64,000 bases of DNA from Solobacterium sp. (lineage in GTDB: Bacteria > Bacillota_I > Bacilli_A > Erysipelotrichales > Erysipelotrichaceae). This document shows positions 37,998-47,310 of the stretch, piece after piece. Where the stretch lies: positions 236 to 64,235 of the forward strand of contig JAGAVW010000042.1 of assembly GCA_017941735.1 (NCBI GenBank), written 5' to 3'. A model generated the notes under the pieces. It searched no databases and was not told where the DNA came from. It saw nothing but the letters and a program-made list of their open reading frames with translations. Within the stretch, counting starts at the first letter, position 1. Each line of letters opens with the position of its first letter. The translations under genes were made by a program, and so were the position numbers.

Positions 37998-40016
37998 ATG
38001 GAGATTTCGAATAAAGAATTAAAATTAACTCCAAAACGCATTGAAGCATTGCATCAGTTAGGTATCTATGATGTAGATGCTTTACTTTCTTATTATCCTT
38101 TTCGTTATGAAATCATCAAACAATCTGCTTTTTCAACTTGGAAAGAAAAAGATAAAGTTCATTTTGAAGGGGAAATCGTGAGTCCCATTCGTAGTTGGCG
38201 TTTTGGAAGAAAGAAAACAGGCACAAAATTCGATGTCATGGTGGATGACCAGATTTTACATATTACGATTTTTAATCGTCCTTGGGCAAAACAATTAAAA
38301 GAAGGACAAATCATTACGATTTCTGGTATTTACCAAGGGAAAAATGCGGTAACTGCAATTAACTACCAAGCAAAACCAATAGCAGAGATTCCTACGATTA
38401 CTCCTGTATATGCTAGTAAAGCAGGCATTCAACAACGTACGATACGTGATAGTATTGCGAAAGTCTTTGCGCATGAAAAAGGACATCTTCTTGATTTTGT
38501 ACCAACTTCATTACAAGAAAAATATCAATTATTAAAAAAAGAAGAGGCAATTGCGAAGATTCATTTTCCGAGTGATGAAAAGGAAATAGCTTCTGCTTAT
38601 CGTACGCTAAAGTATGAAGAGTTTTTAAAATTCTTCTTAGCGATTGAAATGATGAAGCAACAGCAACAAACCGAAGTATTAAAGGTTCCGAAATCTTTTG
38701 ATCAAACAAAAATTGATGCCTTAATTAAAAAACAACCTTATGCCTTAACAAAAGACCAAATGATAACCATTCAAGAGGTTTTAAAGGACTTAAAAAGCAC
38801 TTCTTTGATGTATCGTTTGGTACAAGGGGATGTAGGTTGTGGGAAAACGGTGGTTGCTGCGATTGCCCTTTATGCATGTGTATTATCAGGTATGCAAGGC
38901 GCACTGTTAGCACCAACCGAAATCTTAGCCCGACAACACGAAATCTCCTTAAAAGAGATTTATAAAGATTTGCCATTACGGATTGAAACATTATACTCAC
39001 AAGAAACAACGCAAAAGAAGAAAGAAATCTATGAGCGATTAGAAAAGGGTGAAAATGATATTCTCATCGGCACCCATGCGCTACTACAAGACCGTGTCCA
39101 TTTTAAACAATTGGGTTTAGTCATTGTCGATGAACAACAGCGTTTTGGGGTTGCGCAACGTAGAACCTTAAAAGAAAAAGGAGAGAAAGTGGATTTCTTA
39201 TTAATGAGTGCGACACCGATTCCTAGAACGCTTGCCTCATCTTTATATGGAGACATGGAAGTGAGTACTATTGAAACGATGCCAGAAGGTCGTAAACCAG
39301 TCATCACAAAATTGATTAAAGAAAATAGTTTCCGTTCAGTCCTCGATGAAATTAATCAGATTTTAGATGATGGACATCAATTATATGTGATTTGTGCAGC
39401 CATTGATAAGAATGAAGATTATGATGCGCGCAATGTCATGGATACAACCAAAAGCTTAGAAAAGCTATTTCTTAATCGTGCGAAAGTAGGCACACTACAT
39501 GGAAAGATGTCTTCGCAAGAAAAACAAGAAGTCATGCAGGCATTTTATAACAATGAAATTCAAGTACTTGTTTCGACTACAGTAGTCGAGGTAGGAATGA
39601 ATGTTGTAAATGCGACGGGTATGATTATTTATGATAGTGACCGGTTTGGCATGTCACAAATTCACCAATTGCGTGGTCGTATTCAAAGAGGAAGTGAACA
39701 AGGACGGTGTTATTTGTTGACCGATGCTAGTGATTCACATACTTTAGAGCGTTTAGAAGTACTCGAAAAGACAAGCAATGGATTTGAAATCTCGTATGAA
39801 GATTTACGCTTGCGTGGCCCGGGTGATATACTAGGAACAAGACAAAGTGGGGTTCCTGATTTTGTACTTGGTAATATCATCGAAGATACAAAGATGATAG
39901 AAGTGGCGCGTTCGGATGCAAAAGAGATTTATACCAGGTTGGATAATCCGATGTATCAAAACTTAAAAGGCTATTTACTAAGGCAAAATGAAAAGAACCT
40001 TTCGTTTGTAGATTAA
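37998..40016 (+). CDS. recG: ATP-dependent DNA helicase RecG
   Basis: Wedge/OB domain, GDVGCGKT, DEQQRFG, QLRGRIQRG. Confidence 0.97.
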   Translation: MEISNKELKLTPKRIEALHQLGIYDVDALLSYYPFRYEIIKQSAFSTWKEKDKVHFEGEIVSPIRSWRFGRKKTGTKFDVMVDDQILHITIFNRPWAKQLKEGQIITISGIYQGKNAVTAINYQAKPIAEIPTITPVYASKAGIQQRTIRDSIAKVFAHEKGHLLDFVPTSLQEKYQLLKKEEAIAKIHFPSDEKEIASAYRTLKYEEFLKFFLAIEMMKQQQQTEVLKVPKSFDQTKIDALIKKQPYALTKDQMITIQEVLKDLKSTSLMYRLVQGDVGCGKTVVAAIALYACVLSGMQGALLAPTEILARQHEISLKEIYKDLPLRIETLYSQETTQKKKEIYERLEKGENDILIGTHALLQDRVHFKQLGLVIVDEQQRFGVAQRRTLKEKGEKVDFLLMSATPIPRTLASSLYGDMEVSTIETMPEGRKPVITKLIKENSFRSVLDEINQILDDGHQLYVICAAIDKNEDYDARNVMDTTKSLEKLFLNRAKVGTLHGKMSSQEKQEVMQAFYNNEIQVLVSTTVVEVGMNVVNATGMIIYDSDRFGMSQIHQLRGRIQRGSEQGRCYLLTDASDSHTLERLEVLEKTSNGFEISYEDLRLRGPGDILGTRQSGVPDFVLGNIIEDTKMIEVARSDAKEIYTRLDNPMYQNLKGYLLRQNEKNLSFVD

Positions 40017-40018
40017 GT

Positions 40019-40699
40019 ATGAATATTAAAGAGTGGTTAAGCAAAAAAGGAATCGAAGTCAATGATCTTGCCCTTATCGAGCAAGCTTTTGTGCATTCTT
40101 CCTATGCAAATGAACATAAACAAGTCCATGATAATGAACGTTTAGAGTTTATGGGAGATGCCGTTTTACAGCTTTGGAGCAGTATTCATATCTATGCGAT
40201 AACACCTGCTTTAAGCGAAGGGGAAATGACAAAAATGCGCTCACAACTCGTATGTGAAGGAGCTTTAGCAACCTATGTAAGAGAATTAGGAATTGCGAAG
40301 TTTTTATACTTAGGCTCAGGGGAAGAAAAAACAGGTGGTCGTGATAAAGATGCGATTCTTGCGGATATGTTTGAGGCCTTTTTAGGTGCCTTATTCTTAG
40401 ATCAAGGAATGGAGGCAGTCGATATCTTATTAAATGAAGTGTTATTACCTCATTTAAAAGGAAATGATGATTTAATCTTGCGTAAAGACTATAAGACATT
40501 ATTGCAAGAATATGTACAAGCGGATAACCGTCGTAGTGTAAAATATGTATTAGTAGAAGAAAGTGGTCCATCCAATGCGCCAACCTTTGTGATGAATGTT
40601 GTTGTGGATGATATTGTCTTAGGAACAGGCAAGGGCTCAAGTAAAAAACAAGCGGAACAAAATGCGGCAAAAGATGCATTTGATAAAATGGTTCGATAA
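40019..40699 (+). CDS. rnc: Ribonuclease III
   Basis: ERLEFMGDAVL signature and a C-terminal dsRBD. Confidence 0.96.
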   Translation: MNIKEWLSKKGIEVNDLALIEQAFVHSSYANEHKQVHDNERLEFMGDAVLQLWSSIHIYAITPALSEGEMTKMRSQLVCEGALATYVRELGIAKFLYLGSGEEKTGGRDKDAILADMFEAFLGALFLDQGMEAVDILLNEVLLPHLKGNDDLILRKDYKTLLQEYVQADNRRSVKYVLVEESGPSNAPTFVMNVVVDDIVLGTGKGSSKKQAEQNAAKDAFDKMVR

Positions 40700-40710
40700 A
40701 GGAGGACTTT

Positions 40711-42297
40711 ATGATTTACGAAGATAAAATCTTAATTGGAAAAGCGGAAGATAAAAACGTATATATGCTTCCAAAACAATTGAATCGCCATGGTTTAATT
40801 GCTGGTGCTACTGGTACAGGTAAAACCGTCACTTTAAAAGTTATTGCTGAAACACTCAGTGAAATGGGTGTACCTACCATCTTTGCAGATGTCAAACGTG
40901 ATTTAACCGGCATGATTGAAGAAGGCGATGCGGCAGGAATTCAAGGTCGTTTAGAATCGATGGGAATCAAGGATTATACGGTTCGTAAGTATCCAGTTCA
41001 ATTCTTTGATGTATACCGTGAAAAAGGATTACCAATTCGTGCTTCCATCCAAGATATGGGACCAATCCTTATTAGCCGTATCTTAGATTTAACGGATGCA
41101 CAAGAAGGCATTCTCAATATCATTTTTAGAATTGCAAATGAAGGCATTATCGTAGATGGGGAACGTGTTCATCTTGACCTAATTGACTTAAAAGACTTAC
41201 AAGCGATGTGTTCTTATGTTGGAGAACATGCGCAAGACTATACACTCGAATATGGGAATATCACAAAACAAAGTGTTGGTGCTTTACAGCGTAAACTACT
41301 TGTATTAGAAGAACAAGGTGGCGAATCATTCTTTGGTGCCCCAGCGCTTGATGTGAATGATTTATTACGTCAAAAAGATGGCGAAGGCGTTATGAATATT
41401 ATTGAATGTGAAAAGCTTTATAGGCACCCATTATTATATTCTGCATTTTTCTTCTGGATGTTAGAGAAATTACAACGTACATTACCAGAAGTAGGTGATT
41501 TAGAGAAACCAAAACTCGCTTTCTTCTTTGATGAAGCGCATACCTTATTTGATAATACAAGTCGTGCATTAATGGAGCGTATCGAACAAACCGTAAAGAG
41601 TGTTCGATCAAAAGGTATCGCAGTGTTCTTTGTTACTCAAGTACCAGAAGATATTCCAAGTTCCATTCTTAGCCAATTGAGTAATCGTATTCAACATAGT
41701 TTAAGAGCTTATACACCAGCTGAAATTAAAGCTGCGAAATTAGCTGCCGAATCCTTCCGCGATAATCCAGATTTAGATGAAGCTACATTAATCTCGAATA
41801 TGGAAACGGGAACAGCGCTTGTCTCATGTTTAGATGAAAGTGGTGCGCCAAGTATTGTTGAAATGACAAAGATTTTACCTCCAAAATCAAGCATGAAAAT
41901 GGCGGATGATATGCGTGTATTAAGTGTAGTGGATGCATCAGAGCTTAGCTATAAGTATCTAGAGGATGTAGATCCAGAAAGTGCATCTGAAAATATCGAT
42001 GTAGCGCGTGTAAAAGAAGAAGAGGCTTTACAAGCATTAGAAGAAGCGGAACGTCTTAGAAAAGAAGAAGAAAAGCGTAGAAAAGAAGAAGAAAAAGCTG
42101 CTGCAAAAGCGGAAGAAAGAAGGAGACGTGAAGAAGAAAAAGAAGCAGCACGTAGGAAACGGGAAGAAGAAAAGGCTGCTAATGAGCCTACTTGGAGTGA
42201 TAAATTAGCGAAAAAAGCACGTAATAAAGCAGAAAATGAAATGCTGAATATCGCTATCCGGCAAGCACGTAAATATTTAAAGAATTTCTTGAAATAG
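40711..42297 (+). CDS. HerA-like P-loop ATPase (DUF853/YjgR family) with a charged C-terminal tail
   Basis: Walker A GATGTGKT, Walker B FFFDEAH. The last ~110 aa are an E/K/R/A-rich low-complexity helix (EEEKRRKEEEKAAAKAEERRRREEEKE). Confidence 0.8.
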   Translation: MIYEDKILIGKAEDKNVYMLPKQLNRHGLIAGATGTGKTVTLKVIAETLSEMGVPTIFADVKRDLTGMIEEGDAAGIQGRLESMGIKDYTVRKYPVQFFDVYREKGLPIRASIQDMGPILISRILDLTDAQEGILNIIFRIANEGIIVDGERVHLDLIDLKDLQAMCSYVGEHAQDYTLEYGNITKQSVGALQRKLLVLEEQGGESFFGAPALDVNDLLRQKDGEGVMNIIECEKLYRHPLLYSAFFFWMLEKLQRTLPEVGDLEKPKLAFFFDEAHTLFDNTSRALMERIEQTVKSVRSKGIAVFFVTQVPEDIPSSILSQLSNRIQHSLRAYTPAEIKAAKLAAESFRDNPDLDEATLISNMETGTALVSCLDESGAPSIVEMTKILPPKSSMKMADDMRVLSVVDASELSYKYLEDVDPESASENIDVARVKEEEALQALEEAERLRKEEEKRRKEEEKAAAKAEERRRREEEKEAARRKREEEKAANEPTWSDKLAKKARNKAENEMLNIAIRQARKYLKNFLK

Positions 42298-42318
42298 GTG
42301 AAAATATTCACCTTTTTC
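42296..42318 (+). terminator. Rho-independent terminator
   Basis: aggtgaa aata ttcacct plus tttt. Confidence 0.75.
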
Positions 42319-42380
42319 TTTGTCCTTTTACCACATGCAGAATAATTCAAAATGTCAAGAATTCTATTTCATTTCTTTCA

Positions 42381-42389
42381 TGATAAAAT
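42381..42389 (+). promoter_or_regulatory. Extended -10 box, candidate leaderless or near-leaderless promoter of polC
   Basis: tgataaaat ends 9 nt before ATG 42399; no SD. 42399 is the first in-frame start after a stop. Confidence 0.5.
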
Positions 42390-42398
42390 GACAACACG

Positions 42399-45300
42399 AT
42401 GAGTAAGTGTTTAACGGATGTAGTAGCAAGTCCAAAAGTAAAAAACCATGCAAGGTTTCATGAAATTCAGGTTGAAAAAGCCGCTTTTTATCGTGAAGAA
42501 AACCGGATTGAGATGGAACTTCATAGTGAAGGAATCCTATCTTTTAATGATTATGCCTTATTACAAGAAGCCTTACAAAAGCAATTTGGATGTTTAGTAA
42601 ATCTACATTTTCATGTTACATCACAAGAAATCACGCAAGTAGAATTATCCAAATATCTTGATCATTTCTATGGAAAACACCCAGAATGCAAGATGCTTAG
42701 TACATCCTTACCAAAACTAACGGAAAATGAGCTGCAACTGATTTTTGCGAGTGATGAAGAGATGGATGCGGCAAGCGCTTGTATTGAAAAGCTTAGTCAT
42801 TATCTGAATACCATTGGTTTTTCGCGTGCCATTCATTGTCATCTGCAAGAAAGTCATGTGGATGAAATACCAGTTATTGATGTGCCTGTAATTAAAGAAG
42901 CTGCACCAGAAGTTACTCCAGTTGTCAAACGTAATTTTTCTTATGGTAAAAAGAAAGATAGTTATACGAAAATTGAACTCAAAGACATCAAAGAACCGAT
43001 TGAACATGTGATGTTTACAGGGGATATCTTTGCGAAAGAAGATTTTGAGATTCGCTCGAATCATCGGATTATTCAATCTTTATCTGTTTATGATGGAACA
43101 GATGCGATGATTGTGAAGCGCTTTGAAGGACCTCGCTTATCGAAAGAGGAATTAGAGGAAGCCAAAATCGGAGATCGCTATGAGTTCTATGGTTCTTTTG
43201 TCTATGATTCCTTTGCGAAAGACTTGGTATTTAATACCGATCAAATGGTGAAAGTCAATCCACTCACATATACCGATGAAGCTTTAGAAAAACGTGTAGA
43301 GCTCCATATGCATACCAATATGAGTGAAATGGATGGCGTATGTGATGCAGGAGAAGTAATTAGTCACGCTTGGAAGTTGGGACACGAAGGAATTGTAATT
43401 ACCGATCATGCGGATGTGCAAAGCTTTGTGAAAGCGTATAATACGGCAGAAGGATTAAAGAAAAAGGATCCAAATCGTTCCTTTAAAGTGGGATTTGGGT
43501 GCGAAATGAATGTCGTAGATGATCATTTAAATATTGTCTATCATCCCGATGATACGTTATTACAGGATACAGAATATGTATGTTATGACTTAGAAACGAC
43601 CGGCTTATCTTGTTATTTTGATCATATTATTGAGTTTGGGGCAGTGAAAATGAAGAACCAGGCAATTGTCGACCGTCTTCAAATGTTTATTAAGCCACCG
43701 GTTCCCATTCCTGCTTATATTGCGAAAAAGACGAATATCACAAATGAAATGGTTAAGGACGCAAAACCCATTGAAGAAGCCATTGATACCATATTGGAAT
43801 TTTTAGGGGATGCGGTTTTGGTTGCGCATAATGCGACATTTGATTATTACTTCTTAAATGAAGAATTAAGACGGATGGGACGTGCACCAATGCATAATAA
43901 ATGCATTGATACACTCGATTTAGCACGTGCCATATTGAAAGATCGTCGTGTTTATCGTTTAGGTAGTATCGCCCGTAATTACCGCATTGCGTATGATGAA
44001 GAAATTGCGCACCGTGCGGATTATGATGCGGAAGTTCTTTCCGGTGTATTTTTATCCTTGTTAAATGATGCCCAACGCAAAGGCGCTAAGACGCTATTGG
44101 ATTTACAAAATAACATCCAAGATGAAGATGCCTATAAGAAAGTAAGACGCTCGCATACGATTGTTTTAGCGAAGAATCGCGAAGGTTTAAAGCGGCTTTA
44201 CCAACTTGTTACATTATCAAATACGGAAACACTTGCTGTATTATCCAAAGGAAATGCAAAAGATGGTGGGGAAGTACCAGCGGAACCACGTGTTTTACGT
44301 AGTGCAATTGATAAAGATCGCACCAATATCTTAATTGGTTCTTCTTGTCAAAATAATGAATTATTTGAACTGGCATGTAACGGGGATGATGCACGTTTAG
44401 AAAAGGCAATGAAGTGGTATGACTATATTGAAATACAACCACTCGATGTCTATTCGACCTATATTCTTTTAGGAAATTGTCCAGATGAAGAGCGGCTAAA
44501 ACAAGTTTTATTGCGCTTAATTCATATGGCTAAAAAATTGGGTATTCCAGTTGTAGCAGATAGTGATACGCATTATTGTACAAAAGAAGAAAAGATTTTC
44601 CGTGATGTCTATATCATGTCGCAAGGGGTAGGTGGCGTGTTCCATCCACTTTATATTCGTGATGAAGTATTACGTCTACGCTCCCAAAACCCGAACCAAC
44701 ATCTACGTTTAACCAATGAAATGCTACAAAACTTTTCTTGGTTGAATGATGAAGAATGTGTTCATGAGATGGTTATCACTAATCCAAAGAAGATTTTTGA
44801 TTCCTTAGAAGCAATGCGTCCTGTACCAGAAGGTACATTCCCACCAGTTATTGAGGGTTCGGATGATAAGCTACGTGAGCTTTGTTATAACACCGCTAAA
44901 GAGATGTATGAGTTTGATGGAAAACTTCCTGAAATCGTTGAAAACCGTTTGAATAATGAATTAGAAAATATTATTCGGAACGGCTTTGGTGTGCATTATT
45001 ACATTGCGCATTTGTTAGTGAAAAAATCCAATGAAGATGGTTATGTTGTTGGTTCTCGTGGGTCCGTTGGCTCTTCTTTTACGGCAACCATGTCCAAAAT
45101 CACAGAAGTAAATCCTTTACCACCACATTATTTATGTCGTAATTGCCATTATAGTGAATGGATTGAAGAGGAAGAGATTAAATCTGGGTATGATTTAGAA
45201 GATAAAGTTTGTCCACATTGTGGAGCAACAATGAAAGGGGAAGGGCATAACATTCCTTTCCAAACGTTCTTAGGTTTCAATGCGGAAAAAACACCAGATA

Positions 45301-46742
45301 TTGATTTAAACTTCTCAAATGAATACCAAGCAAAAGCCCATGCGTTTATCAAAGAAGTATTTGGGGAAGATTACGCATATCGTGCAGGTACGATTGGTAC
45401 GGTGGCAGAGAAAACCGCTTATGGATATGTATCTGGGTATTGTGAGAAGATGAATATTCTAGATATGCGTCGAACCATGCGTGATTATCTTGCGCAAGGT
45501 TGTAAAAACGTGAAGCGTACAACTGGCCAACATCCAGGTGGTATTATCATTATTCCTTCCGATTATTCGGTCGAAGATTTTACACCTGTCCAATATCCAG
45601 CCAATGATCCAACTTCCGATTGGAAAACAACCCATTACGATTTCCATGACATCCATGATAATGTCTTGAAATTTGATATTCTTGGCCATGTTGATCCAAC
45701 GGCAATGCGTCTTTTAAGCACCATTTCTAAGACGAATCCATTATCTATACCAATGAATGATAAAGAAGCTTTAAGTTTATTCTATAGTGATGATGCCTTA
45801 AAGGCAGATACACGAATTTACCATAAGGAAACTGGCGCCCTTGGCTTACCAGAATTTGGTACGCGTACTACACGTCGTGTCTTAGAGCAAACCCGTCCGC
45901 ATCATTTTTCTGATTTAGTGATTATTTCAGGATTATCACATGGGACAGATGTATATGCGGGAAATGCAGAAGTATTAATTCAAAAGGGTCATCCGTTACA
46001 AGAAGTCATTGGATGTCGTGATGATATTATGACGTATCTTCTTGCGAAGCAATTAGAACCACTTGATGCCTTTAAAATCATGGAACAAGTTCGTAAAGGG
46101 AAAGGTGTCGATGAGAAACAAATTACGCTCATGAAAGAACATGCGGTTCCAGATTGGTATATTGAATCTTGTCAGAAGATCAAATACATGTTCCCAAAAG
46201 CACATGCTGTGGCTTATGTTATTATGGCGGTTCGTATTGCGTGGTATAAAGTTCATGAACCACAGAACTTCTATATTCAATACTTAACATTGCGTTGTGA
46301 TGCGTATGAAATTGAAACAATGGTCAAAGGGATTGAACCAATCCGCATTCGTATGAAAGAGATTGAAGATAAGATGAATAATCGTTCAGCCGTCGAAAAA
46401 GTGACCAATAAAGAAAAGGCACTTTACGATACATTAGAAGTTTGTGAAGAGATGTATGCGCGTGGTTATTCGATTGGGAATGTCGACTTATACCAAAGTA
46501 AAGCGACGGAGTTTACCTTATCTAAGGAAAATGTTCACGTGATTATTCCACCATTTGTGGTCATTGATGGCTTAGGCACAAACGTTGCACGCTCCATTGA
46601 AGAGGCACGTAAAGAGGCTGACTTCTTATCAAAAGAAGATATTTTGAAGCGGACGCAGCTTTCACAAACATTAATTAAGAAGCTTGAAGTATTAGGCTGT
46701 TTAGAAGGGCTTGAAGACAAGAACCAATTATCACTTTTTTAA
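42399..46742 (+). CDS. polC: DNA polymerase III alpha subunit, PolC type
   Basis: 1447 aa; PHP domain, inserted DEDDh exonuclease (YVCYDLETTG ... H..YDA), zinc module CRNCHY...CPHCG, pol III core. Confidence 0.98.
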   Translation: MSKCLTDVVASPKVKNHARFHEIQVEKAAFYREENRIEMELHSEGILSFNDYALLQEALQKQFGCLVNLHFHVTSQEITQVELSKYLDHFYGKHPECKMLSTSLPKLTENELQLIFASDEEMDAASACIEKLSHYLNTIGFSRAIHCHLQESHVDEIPVIDVPVIKEAAPEVTPVVKRNFSYGKKKDSYTKIELKDIKEPIEHVMFTGDIFAKEDFEIRSNHRIIQSLSVYDGTDAMIVKRFEGPRLSKEELEEAKIGDRYEFYGSFVYDSFAKDLVFNTDQMVKVNPLTYTDEALEKRVELHMHTNMSEMDGVCDAGEVISHAWKLGHEGIVITDHADVQSFVKAYNTAEGLKKKDPNRSFKVGFGCEMNVVDDHLNIVYHPDDTLLQDTEYVCYDLETTGLSCYFDHIIEFGAVKMKNQAIVDRLQMFIKPPVPIPAYIAKKTNITNEMVKDAKPIEEAIDTILEFLGDAVLVAHNATFDYYFLNEELRRMGRAPMHNKCIDTLDLARAILKDRRVYRLGSIARNYRIAYDEEIAHRADYDAEVLSGVFLSLLNDAQRKGAKTLLDLQNNIQDEDAYKKVRRSHTIVLAKNREGLKRLYQLVTLSNTETLAVLSKGNAKDGGEVPAEPRVLRSAIDKDRTNILIGSSCQNNELFELACNGDDARLEKAMKWYDYIEIQPLDVYSTYILLGNCPDEERLKQVLLRLIHMAKKLGIPVVADSDTHYCTKEEKIFRDVYIMSQGVGGVFHPLYIRDEVLRLRSQNPNQHLRLTNEMLQNFSWLNDEECVHEMVITNPKKIFDSLEAMRPVPEGTFPPVIEGSDDKLRELCYNTAKEMYEFDGKLPEIVENRLNNELENIIRNGFGVHYYIAHLLVKKSNEDGYVVGSRGSVGSSFTATMSKITEVNPLPPHYLCRNCHYSEWIEEEEIKSGYDLEDKVCPHCGATMKGEGHNIPFQTFLGFNAEKTPDIDLNFSNEYQAKAHAFIKEVFGEDYAYRAGTIGTVAEKTAYGYVSGYCEKMNILDMRRTMRDYLAQGCKNVKRTTGQHPGGIIIIPSDYSVEDFTPVQYPANDPTSDWKTTHYDFHDIHDNVLKFDILGHVDPTAMRLLSTISKTNPLSIPMNDKEALSLFYSDDALKADTRIYHKETGALGLPEFGTRTTRRVLEQTRPHHFSDLVIISGLSHGTDVYAGNAEVLIQKGHPLQEVIGCRDDIMTYLLAKQLEPLDAFKIMEQVRKGKGVDEKQITLMKEHAVPDWYIESCQKIKYMFPKAHAVAYVIMAVRIAWYKVHEPQNFYIQYLTLRCDAYEIETMVKGIEPIRIRMKEIEDKMNNRSAVEKVTNKEKALYDTLEVCEEMYARGYSIGNVDLYQSKATEFTLSKENVHVIIPPFVVIDGLGTNVARSIEEARKEADFLSKEDILKRTQLSQTLIKKLEVLGCLEGLEDKNQLSLF

Positions 46743-46751
46743 GAAAATCTC

Positions 46752-46780
46752 TTGAAAGAGCGTTAAGAATCATTTATGAT
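46752..46780 (+). promoter_or_regulatory. SigA-type promoter of the rimP-nusA-infB operon
   Basis: -35 ttgaaa (46752-46757), 17-nt spacer, -10 tatgat (46775-46780). Confidence 0.6.
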
Positions 46781-46794
46781 ATCTGCGTAACGAC

Positions 46795-46816
46795 AAGGAG
46801 TGCGAAAGCACTCCTT
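46795..46816 (+). promoter_or_regulatory. Stable GNRA-capped hairpin in the rimP leader (possible attenuator)
   Basis: aaggagtgc gaaa gcactcctt, 9-bp stem, followed by acuuuau then SD ggagg. Confidence 0.4.
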
Positions 46817-46831
46817 ACTTTATGGAGGCCT

Positions 46832-47299
46832 ATGGATTTATTAAAGCAATTAGAATTATTATTTGACCCAATACTCAAGGCATATGATGTGAAACTTTAT
46901 GACTTAAAGTGGACCGGTCCATCGAACAATCGAACGCTTGAAGTGTCGATTCTAAAAAACGATGGAACAATGGATTTGGATACCTGTGCACTTGTGAGTG
47001 AAAAGATTTCTGAAGTATTGGATGAGAAAGATTTAATCAATAGTGCCTATACCTTAGAAGTTTGTAGTCCTGGAGCCGAGCGCGAAATCTTCGATTTTGA
47101 AGAGTTAAAAGGGATAGAGAAACCCTATATCGCGGTACGCTTAAAAAAACCTATCAATAAGAAAGTAGAATACATCGGTGAAGTGCAATCCTATCAAGAT
47201 CATATGATTACACTACAATACCAAGATAAAGCAAAGAAAAAAGAAGTCGTCATTCATGACAAAGATATTGAAAAAATGCGGTTTGCAGTTCGAATTTAG
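46832..47299 (+). CDS. rimP: Ribosome maturation factor RimP
   Basis: 155 aa; LEVCSPGAEREI motif; position upstream of nusA. Confidence 0.93.
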   Translation: MDLLKQLELLFDPILKAYDVKLYDLKWTGPSNNRTLEVSILKNDGTMDLDTCALVSEKISEVLDEKDLINSAYTLEVCSPGAEREIFDFEELKGIEKPYIAVRLKKPINKKVEYIGEVQSYQDHMITLQYQDKAKKKEVVIHDKDIEKMRFAVRI

Positions 47300-47310
47300 A
47301 GGAGAGAATT

